A stretch of 12,108 nt of DNA from Candidatus Micrarchaeia archaeon (GCA_049976845.1 JBMFHL010000018.1:1-12108); one strand, 5' to 3'. Shown: positions 1 to 8,696, numbered from the stretch's first letter. The notes: generated by a model from the letters alone, not told the origin. Translations and numbers: made by a program.

Positions 1-1035
1 GCCAAAGATTTGATTGGGCTGGTTTGGCACTGAGGTTGCATTCAGCACATTAGTTTCATTGACTTCCCAGAGTATCTTTCCAGTAGATCCGTTAAGCCCC
101 ACTATAACTGGATTTGCATACGGGCTTTCATATAAATATCCTGTTATTACCGTCCCATTCCAATATGCGGCTGTTACATCATTAACTCCGCCGCCGGCAT
201 GAGTAAAGTTTGCTTCCCATAATATTTGATTTGTAGTAAGGTTTACTGCAAAAAAATGAAAATTTTGCGGTGAGGAAACTCCGCCTGAAAAATCTGCTGC
301 ACCGCCCCCGAAATACGCTGTGCCATTTACTACAAGCGGAGATGAGAGGGTTGTTGGCACATTTGTTCTGATAGTTGTTATGTATTTGCCAGTAGTTGCA
401 TTTAGCACAAATGCGCCTCCGCCACCCATAGACGGCTCTATAACTTCGCCGTTATAATATGCTGGCGTGGCTATTTCCGTATTGGTTGTATTGTATTGCC
501 ATATTACACTGCCATTTGTCATGTTTAATGCCATAATGCTGTAGGCGTAGTTCCACCATTTTACTGGCGCCTCAAGGTTATTCCCCATGGCGATTATAAT
601 TGTATTGCCTATGGTCAGCGGCTGCGTCATTATCTGGTCTGGAAAATTATGCCTCCAAAGCACCTGGCCTGTATTAATGTCTATATCTATAACTGAGCCG
701 TTTGTTAGATTATATTTTTGTGAATCCAGGTATTTGAATAATCCAAACGTGGTGACAAAAAGTTGGTTGTTATATATAGTGGGCGTAGCGAAAATAGCCT
801 CGCTCACATTCATGTCTAATGGATTAATCGTAATATTCAATGCATACGCATGCTCAGCATTGCCATCGAGCTGATACACAGGGGGCTGCGCTGGACTTGA
901 TTCTGATTGCAGGCTGTTTGCATGAACGGTATTGGTTTGCAACTGCGCTTTTGGCAGCACAATGGCTAATGAGAGCAGCACTAGAATACCAAGCATCAGG
1001 ACGGCAAATATTTTTTTAAGGTTTTTTTTGCGCAT
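1..1035 (-). CDS. Secreted or membrane-anchored PQQ-like (BamB-type) beta-propeller surface protein, 3'-partial (345 codons in window, runs off left edge)
   Basis: Not in the ORF track; translated by hand. Open frame from ATG at 1035: MRKKNLKKIFAVLMLGILVLLSLAIVLPKAQ (basic N-region plus hydrophobic helix). It is followed by repeated blade motifs IDIDINTGQVLW, MALNMTNGSVIW, FVLNATTGKYI, FAVNLTTNQILW and VGLNGSTGKILW, with ATPTIYNNQLF, ATPAYYNGEV and SSPLVVNGTAYF strands. No stop before position 1. Confidence 0.9.
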   Translation of the reverse strand, partial: MRKKNLKKIFAVLMLGILVLLSLAIVLPKAQLQTNTVHANSLQSESSPAQPPVYQLDGNAEHAYALNITINPLDMNVSEAIFATPTIYNNQLFVTTFGLFKYLDSQKYNLTNGSVIDIDINTGQVLWRHNFPDQIMTQPLTIGNTIIIAMGNNLEAPVKWWNYAYSIMALNMTNGSVIWQYNTTNTEIATPAYYNGEVIEPSMGGGGAFVLNATTGKYITTIRTNVPTTLSSPLVVNGTAYFGGGAADFSGGVSSPQNFHFFAVNLTTNQILWEANFTHAGGGVNDVTAAYWNGTVITGYLYESPYANPVIVGLNGSTGKILWEVNETNVLNATSVPNQPNQIFG

Positions 1036-1073
1036 TTTAATGCCTTATAGAAAGGAAAATATTCAATTTACAA

Positions 1074-1089
1074 TATTTATATCTTTGCG
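1074..1089 (-). promoter_or_regulatory. Putative archaeal BRE + TATA box for the beta-propeller gene
   Basis: Minus strand reads CGCAAAG-ATATAAATA, a purine-rich BRE-like element directly followed by a TATA box, about 40 nt upstream of the ATG at 1035. Confidence 0.55.
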
Positions 1090-1244
1090 AAAGTTATTTT
1101 AATATTTAGGAGGATTACTCAACCGAAGATTGCATATTGCAATTAGAAAGATTATTCAGTCTCTCCTGATGGCTTAATTTATATGGCGGAACATGCTCAG
1201 ATTCTACTTTAGATTTGTAAGTGCCTGCTATTTCAAGCTTGAGG

Positions 1245-3050
1245 CTATGTGGTATTGAGCCCTGTTATTTTGTATAGGTAGAATGAGGCGTTCCATGAGT
1301 AATTGTTAAGTTCGGTGCTAGCTATAGGCTGCATTTTGTATGTACGCACTATGTCGAGGCATTGCTGCGCAGTATTTGAAGGGCCGGTAAAATTTATATA
1401 GCAGCTTATGCTGTAGTCAAAATATAGGCAGCCTTTTGACATGTTCATAAGCTCAGAGTTATATTCACTTAAATTTGCCCAGCTAGCATAGATGTTGCCT
1501 CTGCCAAGTATATACCAAAGAGGCGGCTTGAAAGTCAGCACGAAGCAATTGCTCGGTATCTTCTGGTAATTCTGCATTATAAAGTTTTCATCATAGCGTT
1601 CGGCAGCAAATGGGTATATGTGGCTAGGTGGCATCATTACAATCGTAACAAACATAAAGGCTGATTCGGCAAATAGGATAACAAGCATAACTGTGATTAA
1701 AGCATAGTTGCGACTACTGCGTGGCACGAGGGTTTTCACCCTATTGCGAGCTCGCAATCTTGCATCCAAAAAGTTGAATATTGTGATGAAACCATAAGCT
1801 GCAAGTATTGCTATTACAGGAAAGGCGCTTGTGAAATACCTTACATCGTCACCAGAGCCGTAATTCACTCCGCCAGCGTAATACGAGGAATAGAAGATGA
1901 ATACGACAATGAACCATAGCAAAAGCAGCAGAAATTCCCTATATTTCTTGTGCTTGAGCAGGAAGAATGCACCTACTATTGCAAGCAGCGTATAGGTTAA
2001 TGGAAATTCTGAAAAATAGTAATAATTGAAAGGCACAGCTTTGACTACATCGTCAGCACCGAACCAGAATAACAGATTTCCAGTAGAGTAGTTTTCGAGA
2101 TATGAGAAGCTGAAGTCTGGCTGGCCGGGTGCAGCCCCAAAAGATACTTCGGATGCTGCATATATATACAGCAGCGCAGGCAGGATCACAAGGATTGCAA
2201 TCGCCACGATCACCATAAATCTTTTCAAGTCCTTCCTTGCGCTCTTGCCCTCGAATCTATCCCTATCGAGCAGAAGCAGAAGTAGTATTATCGCCAAAGC
2301 GAAGATCATGTCAACCTTAATGCTCAGCATGTATGCGACCGCAAAGGCGGCGGAGATTCCTACAATTGTGCTCTTCCTCTTCATGTAAGCGGCAATCAGA
2401 AAAATTGAGAGCAGCAGGAGCGTTACAGCTGGAGTGTCTAGTAAGCTGCTCCTAGAATAGCTCATAAATAATGGCGTGAATGCGAGAATGGCGCTAGATA
2501 GTACTGCTACCCTCTGATCTCTGAGTAGAATATATACAGCGAAGAAAAGGAATGCTATAGAGAGCACTGAGAAGAGGAGTTCCATATTGTACGCGACGCT
2601 GAAATTAACTCCGAAGACTGATGAAGGTATTGCAAGCAGGAAAGACCATCCGAGAGGTTGGTGTATGAATCCCGCTGTGCCAGGAACACAAGTCGACGCA
2701 TTAGAGAAGCTGCACACGGCCGCGAGATGCTGAGAGAGCATCATCTTTGTTACGCTTAAATATATGTACTCGTCATTGTAGAGGAGATGGGTAGGTGCAA
2801 CAAATGCAAGCTCCATGAAAAGGAACACGGCGATTATTAGAATAAGGTATTTGTAGTAAGATCTGCTGATGCCACTAAGCGCCTTCCTTATCTCCTTGTA
2901 TCCCAGCGCGGAGGATACTACTAGGCAGATAAACAATACAAGGTAGTAGTAGAAGTATGCTGTTTGCACAGGTTGCTGCTGGAACATCGCAGATAGCGGC
3001 ATATTCGCATCAAACAGCGCAAGAGCAATATTTGATAACATTAATTTCAC
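1245..3050 (-). CDS. GT-C fold membrane glycosyltransferase (ArnT/PMT_2, GT39/GT83-like), 601 aa
   Basis: Many hydrophobic helices. First external loop LLYNDEYIY (DE motif), then HQPLGWSFL (like ArnT KPPL), TPLFMSYSRSSLLDTP, late DVRYFTSAFP motif and a soluble Cys-containing C-terminal domain. The GTG start abuts the upstream TAA; ATG at 3041 is an alternative start. Confidence 0.85.
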   Translation of the reverse strand: MKLMLSNIALALFDANMPLSAMFQQQPVQTAYFYYYLVLFICLVVSSALGYKEIRKALSGISRSYYKYLILIIAVFLFMELAFVAPTHLLYNDEYIYLSVTKMMLSQHLAAVCSFSNASTCVPGTAGFIHQPLGWSFLLAIPSSVFGVNFSVAYNMELLFSVLSIAFLFFAVYILLRDQRVAVLSSAILAFTPLFMSYSRSSLLDTPAVTLLLLSIFLIAAYMKRKSTIVGISAAFAVAYMLSIKVDMIFALAIILLLLLLDRDRFEGKSARKDLKRFMVIVAIAILVILPALLYIYAASEVSFGAAPGQPDFSFSYLENYSTGNLLFWFGADDVVKAVPFNYYYFSEFPLTYTLLAIVGAFFLLKHKKYREFLLLLLWFIVVFIFYSSYYAGGVNYGSGDDVRYFTSAFPVIAILAAYGFITIFNFLDARLRARNRVKTLVPRSSRNYALITVMLVILFAESAFMFVTIVMMPPSHIYPFAAERYDENFIMQNYQKIPSNCFVLTFKPPLWYILGRGNIYASWANLSEYNSELMNMSKGCLYFDYSISCYINFTGPSNTAQQCLDIVRTYKMQPIASTELNNYSWNASFYLYKITGLNTT

Positions 3051-4964
3051 TTACTTTGCGGATTTCCTGCCTGCTTTTATATTATAGGATTTTTCTGGCT
3101 TGTACTGGAGCTTAAAGAAAAGATAGATGTAAACTAACAGGATCACAGCTGAAGATGCATAAAGCAATAGCCTTTGATTTAGATGTTGGACTTGAGGCTG
3201 CGGCTGCGCAGTCTGGTTTGAGGTTATAATAGAAGTTGGCAGCGTAGTAACTCCTGAGGAATAATTCAGGTTAGATTTGACTATACTTATGTATGAAGAA
3301 TTTAAGATTGAATAAGGATCTGAGAATCCAGAGGATATTTTCAAACCGTAGAATAGCACATTAGAGGAGTTGTAGACATTTACCCCGTTTGTCGAGCTCA
3401 TAGAGGTAGGCACTATTGTTGTATTGTATACATTCACATTAGTTGAATTTGATATCTCTATTCCATTCCCGAAAATCCTACAGCCATGCAAGGTCACGTT
3501 ACTTGCTCCATTTATTATGAATCCATAATATAAACTTGAAACATTCCTGTTGTTGCAGTTGATTGTTATGTTACTGCCTTTTATGTATGCACCAATATAG
3601 CATGGCGAATCTATCAATACTGGGGCATAACTTGCTAGAGGAAAGAGATTTGCTACCATGTTGTAAGTACCTCTTTCTTTTATTATGCTAGTTGCTCTGG
3701 TCTGATTAAATGCTGTGCTGCAGAATCCGAGCCCATAGCTGAATGAAGGCGTTGTGGAATCCTGAATAAAGCTGCCCACACCAGGGATATGCCCAGGCAG
3801 CAGCATTATTGAAGAATTGAGCCCTATTCCTATCTTTGAAGTATAATTAAGGTAGAAAATGCGCGTACCGTTTTCATACATGCTGTAGTTTTCTGATGGA
3901 AAAGACATTAGTTTAACAAGAGAAGTATTATCTGCTATAGAATTGTTAAGCGGGTTCATTATAAAGCCCACAGTTGTGGTGTATCTATACAGGTATGAAC
4001 TGAAGTTCCAACTTGAATCTTGAGGCGGCACGGCGACGAGCCATCTTATTGTCATGTTTTTTTGCCCATTATCCGGTATTATATAATAATTGAACTTTGG
4101 ATAGATGGGCTCAATATAAACAGGCATTAGATTTGTATTCTTTGTTATATTTAGAGAATACATCACCAGCTGGTCAAATCCCAAGAAAGAGTACTCTACC
4201 GCGTACGGGTTGTAGTTTACGATTCCATTTTCAGTTAATGTATAGCTTGGCAGCATAAATTTTTTGTAGCCAAATATGTTTCCATAAGACCTCTGTGTGA
4301 AATTTTCGTATATTGCAGATTGATTTTGGCCGTAGACCCCGAACGGGAGGGTTTTGTTGAGTCTATTTATAAGGTTGAGTATAAAAGGATCAAATGAAGG
4401 AACCATCTGTAGCTGCGTATTATTTATCTTTATAGTGTTATTAAAAAGGGGTATTATGTAGCTGAATGCGCCTATCCTATTTCCAAACATTTCTACCGAA
4501 TTGCTGCCAAATGGTTCAAATACACTGATATTCAAGAAGTAGCCAACAGTTAAGCTTGCATTGCGCCCATTTAATATTGGATTAAAATCAGTTCCAATGG
4601 GGCTGACTAGATCCGCAGAAGAATTATTTCCAATTATTATTTTAGCTCCGCTAAAACTGCAGTTGAATAGATAGTCTTCGTTATTTGCCCCGCCGAATAT
4701 TACCTTTGAGCTAGGGCCCAACAGCGTATCATTACAGATCAGCTGGGAATTTGATACCCCGTGGGCAAATGTTATGTTAATTGAAGTGCAGGCGATATGA
4801 TTTATACTGTAAGTTGAATTTGCTGCATCAATTGTTGCATTGCACGTGGTTATGTTTGAAGTGTAGGATTGCGCACTGGAAGCACCAATTAGCAAAAGCG
4901 CAAATACCATGAAGTATGTTGCATTACTTTTTAAGCTTGGAATCCTTAACATCTTACCTACCAT
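3051..4964 (-). CDS. Cell-surface glycoprotein with right-handed beta-helix (pectin-lyase/NosD-like) modules, signal peptide and C-terminal membrane anchor, 637 aa
   Basis: Signal peptide YFMVFALLLIGASSA|Q. Beta-helix coils IKGSNITINCNN, IINGASNVTLHGCRI, GIEISNSTNVNVYNTTI and GVNVYNSSNVLFYGLKI. S/T/P/Q linker, then TM helix LLLYASSAVILLVYIYLFF and a basic tail. About 35 N-X-S/T sequons by hand count. Confidence 0.8.
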   Translation of the reverse strand: MVGKMLRIPSLKSNATYFMVFALLLIGASSAQSYTSNITTCNATIDAANSTYSINHIACTSINITFAHGVSNSQLICNDTLLGPSSKVIFGGANNEDYLFNCSFSGAKIIIGNNSSADLVSPIGTDFNPILNGRNASLTVGYFLNISVFEPFGSNSVEMFGNRIGAFSYIIPLFNNTIKINNTQLQMVPSFDPFILNLINRLNKTLPFGVYGQNQSAIYENFTQRSYGNIFGYKKFMLPSYTLTENGIVNYNPYAVEYSFLGFDQLVMYSLNITKNTNLMPVYIEPIYPKFNYYIIPDNGQKNMTIRWLVAVPPQDSSWNFSSYLYRYTTTVGFIMNPLNNSIADNTSLVKLMSFPSENYSMYENGTRIFYLNYTSKIGIGLNSSIMLLPGHIPGVGSFIQDSTTPSFSYGLGFCSTAFNQTRATSIIKERGTYNMVANLFPLASYAPVLIDSPCYIGAYIKGSNITINCNNRNVSSLYYGFIINGASNVTLHGCRIFGNGIEISNSTNVNVYNTTIVPTSMSSTNGVNVYNSSNVLFYGLKISSGFSDPYSILNSSYISIVKSNLNYSSGVTTLPTSIITSNQTAQPQPQVQHLNQRLLLYASSAVILLVYIYLFFKLQYKPEKSYNIKAGRKSAK

Positions 4965-4990
4965 ACGTTCATTTCTTAGTTTCTTAGTTT

Positions 4991-5000
4991 ATTTATAAAT
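4991..5000 (-). promoter_or_regulatory. Putative TATA box (perfect palindrome ATTTATAAAT) for the 4964 gene, implying a near-leaderless transcript
   Basis: TTTATAAA lies about 27-36 nt upstream of the ATG at 4964, inside a very AT-rich divergent intergenic region (4965-5139). Confidence 0.5.
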
Positions 5001-5139
5001 GCTTAGTTTAATATATTTACATTTATAGTTTTAGAAATCCATAATTATTTAGCTTTTAAATACTTTTAATATTAAATATTTTTATTAATAGTATGTAAAA
5101 TAATAAAATAAGTATAAGTTGCTTATTTGGAGCATTTTT

Positions 5140-6822
5140 ATGAAAAAATCAAAAATGAGTGAAGATTTTTTTGACAGATATCAGAAGTATTTATTGCTTG
5201 CACTAATAGCTTTTTCCGCATTCATGGCACTTGCCTTCCTGAAAGGCGTCAGCATCTATGGAGATGATGTATCTTATGTCACTTTAGTGCCGCAGATAAT
5301 CTCCGGAACATTCAAGGAGTTTGCTGATATATTCTCCATAAGGCTGCTTATGATAATGCCACTGGCTGTCTCCGTCTTCGCGTTTGGATATAATAACCTC
5401 GGCGCAGGCATGTATTCTGTTTTGTGCTATTTGGGAAGCATTGCAATAACATTTTTTATAGGAAGAAAGATATATGGGCCCAAGACCGGACTGCTTGCCG
5501 CATTTCTTTTTTCTATTTACCCTATGTCTTTAAGGTACAGCAGCACAGCAGATGTTGTAAGCCCTACGGCATTTTATCTTGGTATGTCGCTCTTGTTTTT
5601 TGTCTATGCCAAGAAAGGGGGTAGCAAATGGTTATATGTCTTTTCTGGAATTTTCACTTTCTTCGGGGCCCTGGTAGATCCTATCTCATATGTTTGCGCT
5701 TTTGCATTTCTTATTTATATTATATTTGGCGGTGCTTTTGACGTGTATAAAAAGAGGAGCTTGAGAATAGATTATTCACCTTTCATGTACCTACTTGGCA
5801 TAATAACTGCAGTCCTGCTGCTTGGCTTTGTAAATCTTTCGCTTGCCCCAAATGGTGAGCCTTTTTATGAGCTAAATGTCACAAACAGCTTTTATAGTAG
5901 TACAGGCACAGCTAACACAATATTTTATACGAATGCTGACTTGATGTTTTATGTAAACGGCTTTTTCCCTTATAATTTTACAGGTGAATTGATTGCAGGT
6001 AATATTGGGGGCCTTGCATCAAGCTTAGAGAATCTGTTCTCCTTCTATAATTTTAATGCAAACGACGTAGGCTTATTCATGTATTTCTTGGTTGTTTTTG
6101 CAGTTTATATTATTTTGAAGAAGGACAAGGAATCATATTTCCTACTTGCCTTCTCTGCACTCTCATTGTTGTACCTGGAATTTGGAACAATGAGCTTGAC
6201 TCACTACTACCCAATTTATAGGCTTGTAAGGTTCGCTGTCATTGTGTCCATACCTCTAATGATACTGCTTGCCAGAGGCATAATCTTATTTGCAAGCAAA
6301 AAAAAGAAAAAACTTTTTTGGGAGCTAGCTGCAGCTGCTATTATAGTATTATTGCTTGCAAGTTCTTTGCCTATTGATTACCTTTGGTATGCACTGAACC
6401 ACAATACGATGCTCTATAGCGAATTGATTGCCGCAGATCTTGAGAATGCACCCAATATATCGAATTCATATGTCTATGCTCCGACTTTGTTGAATAGTTT
6501 TATAGGTTATTATATGGGATTTAGACCTACCAGTGGGATACTGTTCTACAACAATGGGAATTATTCAGGCTCGTTTCTCCCAAATTGCGATAGCATACCC
6601 AATGGCTCTTATTTAATAATACCTTCTAAAATAGCACTGAGTGAAATAGATTATAATGCGTCTTGGCCTGTCCCAAATCCCTGGTATATAAATGAGTCTT
6701 GGGCATTTAATCCTTCGTTATGCAATTTAACTTTGTATGCCGATATTTACAACTATACACAGGTAAGAAATGCAAGCATAGTAAACTTAGAGTATAGCGG
6801 GAATATATATTACAAGAGATAG
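5140..6822 (+). CDS. GT-C fold membrane glycosyltransferase (ArnT/PMT_2-like), about 560 aa
   Basis: IYGDDVSY first-loop motif, IGRKIYGPKTGLLAAFLFSIYP helix pair, YRLVRF late motif and a Cys-containing extracellular C-terminal domain. I moved the start from the track's TTG 5119 to ATG 5140, which has GGAG at 5129-5132 upstream. Confidence 0.85.
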   Translation: MKKSKMSEDFFDRYQKYLLLALIAFSAFMALAFLKGVSIYGDDVSYVTLVPQIISGTFKEFADIFSIRLLMIMPLAVSVFAFGYNNLGAGMYSVLCYLGSIAITFFIGRKIYGPKTGLLAAFLFSIYPMSLRYSSTADVVSPTAFYLGMSLLFFVYAKKGGSKWLYVFSGIFTFFGALVDPISYVCAFAFLIYIIFGGAFDVYKKRSLRIDYSPFMYLLGIITAVLLLGFVNLSLAPNGEPFYELNVTNSFYSSTGTANTIFYTNADLMFYVNGFFPYNFTGELIAGNIGGLASSLENLFSFYNFNANDVGLFMYFLVVFAVYIILKKDKESYFLLAFSALSLLYLEFGTMSLTHYYPIYRLVRFAVIVSIPLMILLARGIILFASKKKKKLFWELAAAAIIVLLLASSLPIDYLWYALNHNTMLYSELIAADLENAPNISNSYVYAPTLLNSFIGYYMGFRPTSGILFYNNGNYSGSFLPNCDSIPNGSYLIIPSKIALSEIDYNASWPVPNPWYINESWAFNPSLCNLTLYADIYNYTQVRNASIVNLEYSGNIYYKR

Positions 6823-7019
6823 AAGACTGCATAGAGTCCAAAAGCAAGCCAATTCCGATTCGCAAAAAAGCAGAATACATTCACCCCATGATTTAGAACT
6901 ATGCGCTTTCTGCTAGGCATTTTGTAATAGGCTTCAGGCAAACGCAGATATTTATTGAAACCCTTTGTATGGGGATATTTTACTGGCCTCGAAAAAACTC
7001 GTATGTAGCTGCGCAGGAG

Positions 7020-8513
7020 TTATCTTCTATTACTATACAGTTTGATATAGTTTGCAGGCAAATACCTCCCTTCAGAGAAATTTATTTCCTTCCAGTAAGG
7101 GCAAGGTACTGGAAATGCGCCTGTGTAGCTTGTAGTAACAACATAATCGTATCCCATTGTCGCATTGCAACTAGAAATATTCTGGTTATAGTAGATAAAT
7201 CTACTTACATTGTCAAAATTCATGTATACTTCTATATTCGGTAACTGTAGCGGCAGGTAGATTGTGGTGGTGTTTGGCAATAGATTCAGATACTGGGAGA
7301 GGTAGTAGATGGGTGACATCTGCATTTTGTATCCGTAGTAAGAAGCGATATCTAGGCTAACAGATGAATATACTATGAAGATTACTATAGCCCCGACAAG
7401 GAACCAAGCTACAGGCTTGTGCTTTCTAAAAGTTTCGCCAAGTTTAACTATAAATATTCCTATTGTCAATGCTACGGGCACTGCCACAATAGGCAGATAC
7501 TGCCACCCTCTAGGTATTATTGAATACTTGAAAGGGTTAAGGGTTATAAACATTGGGCCTATCCAGAGATAAAGGAGTGTGAATGCAGACCAGAAAATTG
7601 GGATGTAAGATTCCTTTACTTTTTTTATAAGGAGGTAGGGCACCGCTATGAAGAATAAATAGAAAATATAGCCTATATTTACTCCGCTCAAATTGTCCAA
7701 AAACGGCGGGAGCAAAATCGCATAATAGGGAGTTATTACTGAGAAATTCGTGAAGCTTGGTACTGTGGCATATGTAATGTCTATCTGGAAAATGACGTAG
7801 GGATTTCCTGCAAGTATATAACCATAAAGCAAGACTAGCATTATTCCAAATGCAACTCCGCTTAGGATATGGAGGCTTTTGATTGAAGGACCATTGTGCT
7901 TAGTTTTTAACCTACTATTTATGAATAAAATCAGCAAGAATAACAAAATAACTGGACCTATTATCACACCCAGAAGATCACAAAGAAAAGCTGCGATTAT
8001 AGATACTCCTGATGCGAAGTACCACTTGGAGCTATCCTTGAAATAGCCTTTCATTGCAGAATAAAAAGCTATGGTAGTGAACAATGTCATTGGTATTGTC
8101 TCCTTGCTTGTGCCAGATAAGTAAATCATTAATGGAAAAACACACATTATCAGCGCAGCTAGGTAACCTACATATTCATTGTACAGCTCCTTGCCTATAT
8201 AAAAAGATAGTATTACCATGATGAACCAAGATACTATATCCCACATGGCGCTTGAAAGGAAGTTTATCCCCATAAATTTGTAGAACAGCGCCATAGGGTA
8301 TATCTGCATAATCCTGGCGTCGTAATAATAGCCTAAAGAGGGATAAAATACGCCGATAGTTATATCGTGCGCAAGCATTTCATAAGAGGTATCATCATCG
8401 TAGAATGATGGCGCCATAGGATGCGTGACAAGGTATATGGTAGAGACCAATAGTGTTAGCAAGAATGCTATATATATTATATTGCGTTTGCGTTTACTTA
8501 TTTTCTTGCTCAT
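7020..8513 (-). CDS. GT-C fold membrane glycosyltransferase (ArnT/PMT_2-like), 497 aa, paralogue of 5140..6822
   Basis: FYDDDTSY motif and IGKELYNEYVGYLAALIMCVFP. Aligns by eye with the 5140 protein (KWYFASG vs KWLYVFSG; YLLIKKVKESY vs YIILKKDKESY; LLYLWIGPM vs LLYLEFGTM). Confidence 0.85.
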   Translation of the reverse strand: MSKKISKRKRNIIYIAFLLTLLVSTIYLVTHPMAPSFYDDDTSYEMLAHDITIGVFYPSLGYYYDARIMQIYPMALFYKFMGINFLSSAMWDIVSWFIMVILSFYIGKELYNEYVGYLAALIMCVFPLMIYLSGTSKETIPMTLFTTIAFYSAMKGYFKDSSKWYFASGVSIIAAFLCDLLGVIIGPVILLFLLILFINSRLKTKHNGPSIKSLHILSGVAFGIMLVLLYGYILAGNPYVIFQIDITYATVPSFTNFSVITPYYAILLPPFLDNLSGVNIGYIFYLFFIAVPYLLIKKVKESYIPIFWSAFTLLYLWIGPMFITLNPFKYSIIPRGWQYLPIVAVPVALTIGIFIVKLGETFRKHKPVAWFLVGAIVIFIVYSSVSLDIASYYGYKMQMSPIYYLSQYLNLLPNTTTIYLPLQLPNIEVYMNFDNVSRFIYYNQNISSCNATMGYDYVVTTSYTGAFPVPCPYWKEINFSEGRYLPANYIKLYSNRR

Positions 8514-8696
8514 ACTTGTCGGGCCTTAAATGCTAAATTATGAGAAGCAATGATTTTTATATTTTATTAGAAGGTATACTATTCTATGGTTTGGGCTTTG
8601 CTGACTCTCGGCTGCGACTTTGCTTAAACAAGGAAACCCACATTCTTTAAATAATATGCATTTTGCATTGCAGATTGAAAAACTGCTGGGACACAA

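Noticed and set aside
14..874. Track ORFs 14..202 and 587..874 (+)
   Set aside because: Antisense shadows of the beta-propeller gene on the minus strand.
1011..1029. Homopolymer runs (T7/T8 here; A8-G-A6 near 6298-6312) as phase-variation tracts
   Set aside because: They encode Lys-rich positive-inside segments, frames are intact, and such lengths are expected in AT-rich DNA.
1100..1244. Possible C/D-box sRNA or tRNA in the spacer (CTGA words present)
   Set aside because: No proper RTGATGA C box paired with a D box, and no cloverleaf or T-loop motif.
6954..6961. ATTGAAAC, resembling a CRISPR repeat 3' end (similar ATTGAAAA at 8674)
   Set aside because: Isolated short matches with no repeat-spacer periodicity and no cas genes.
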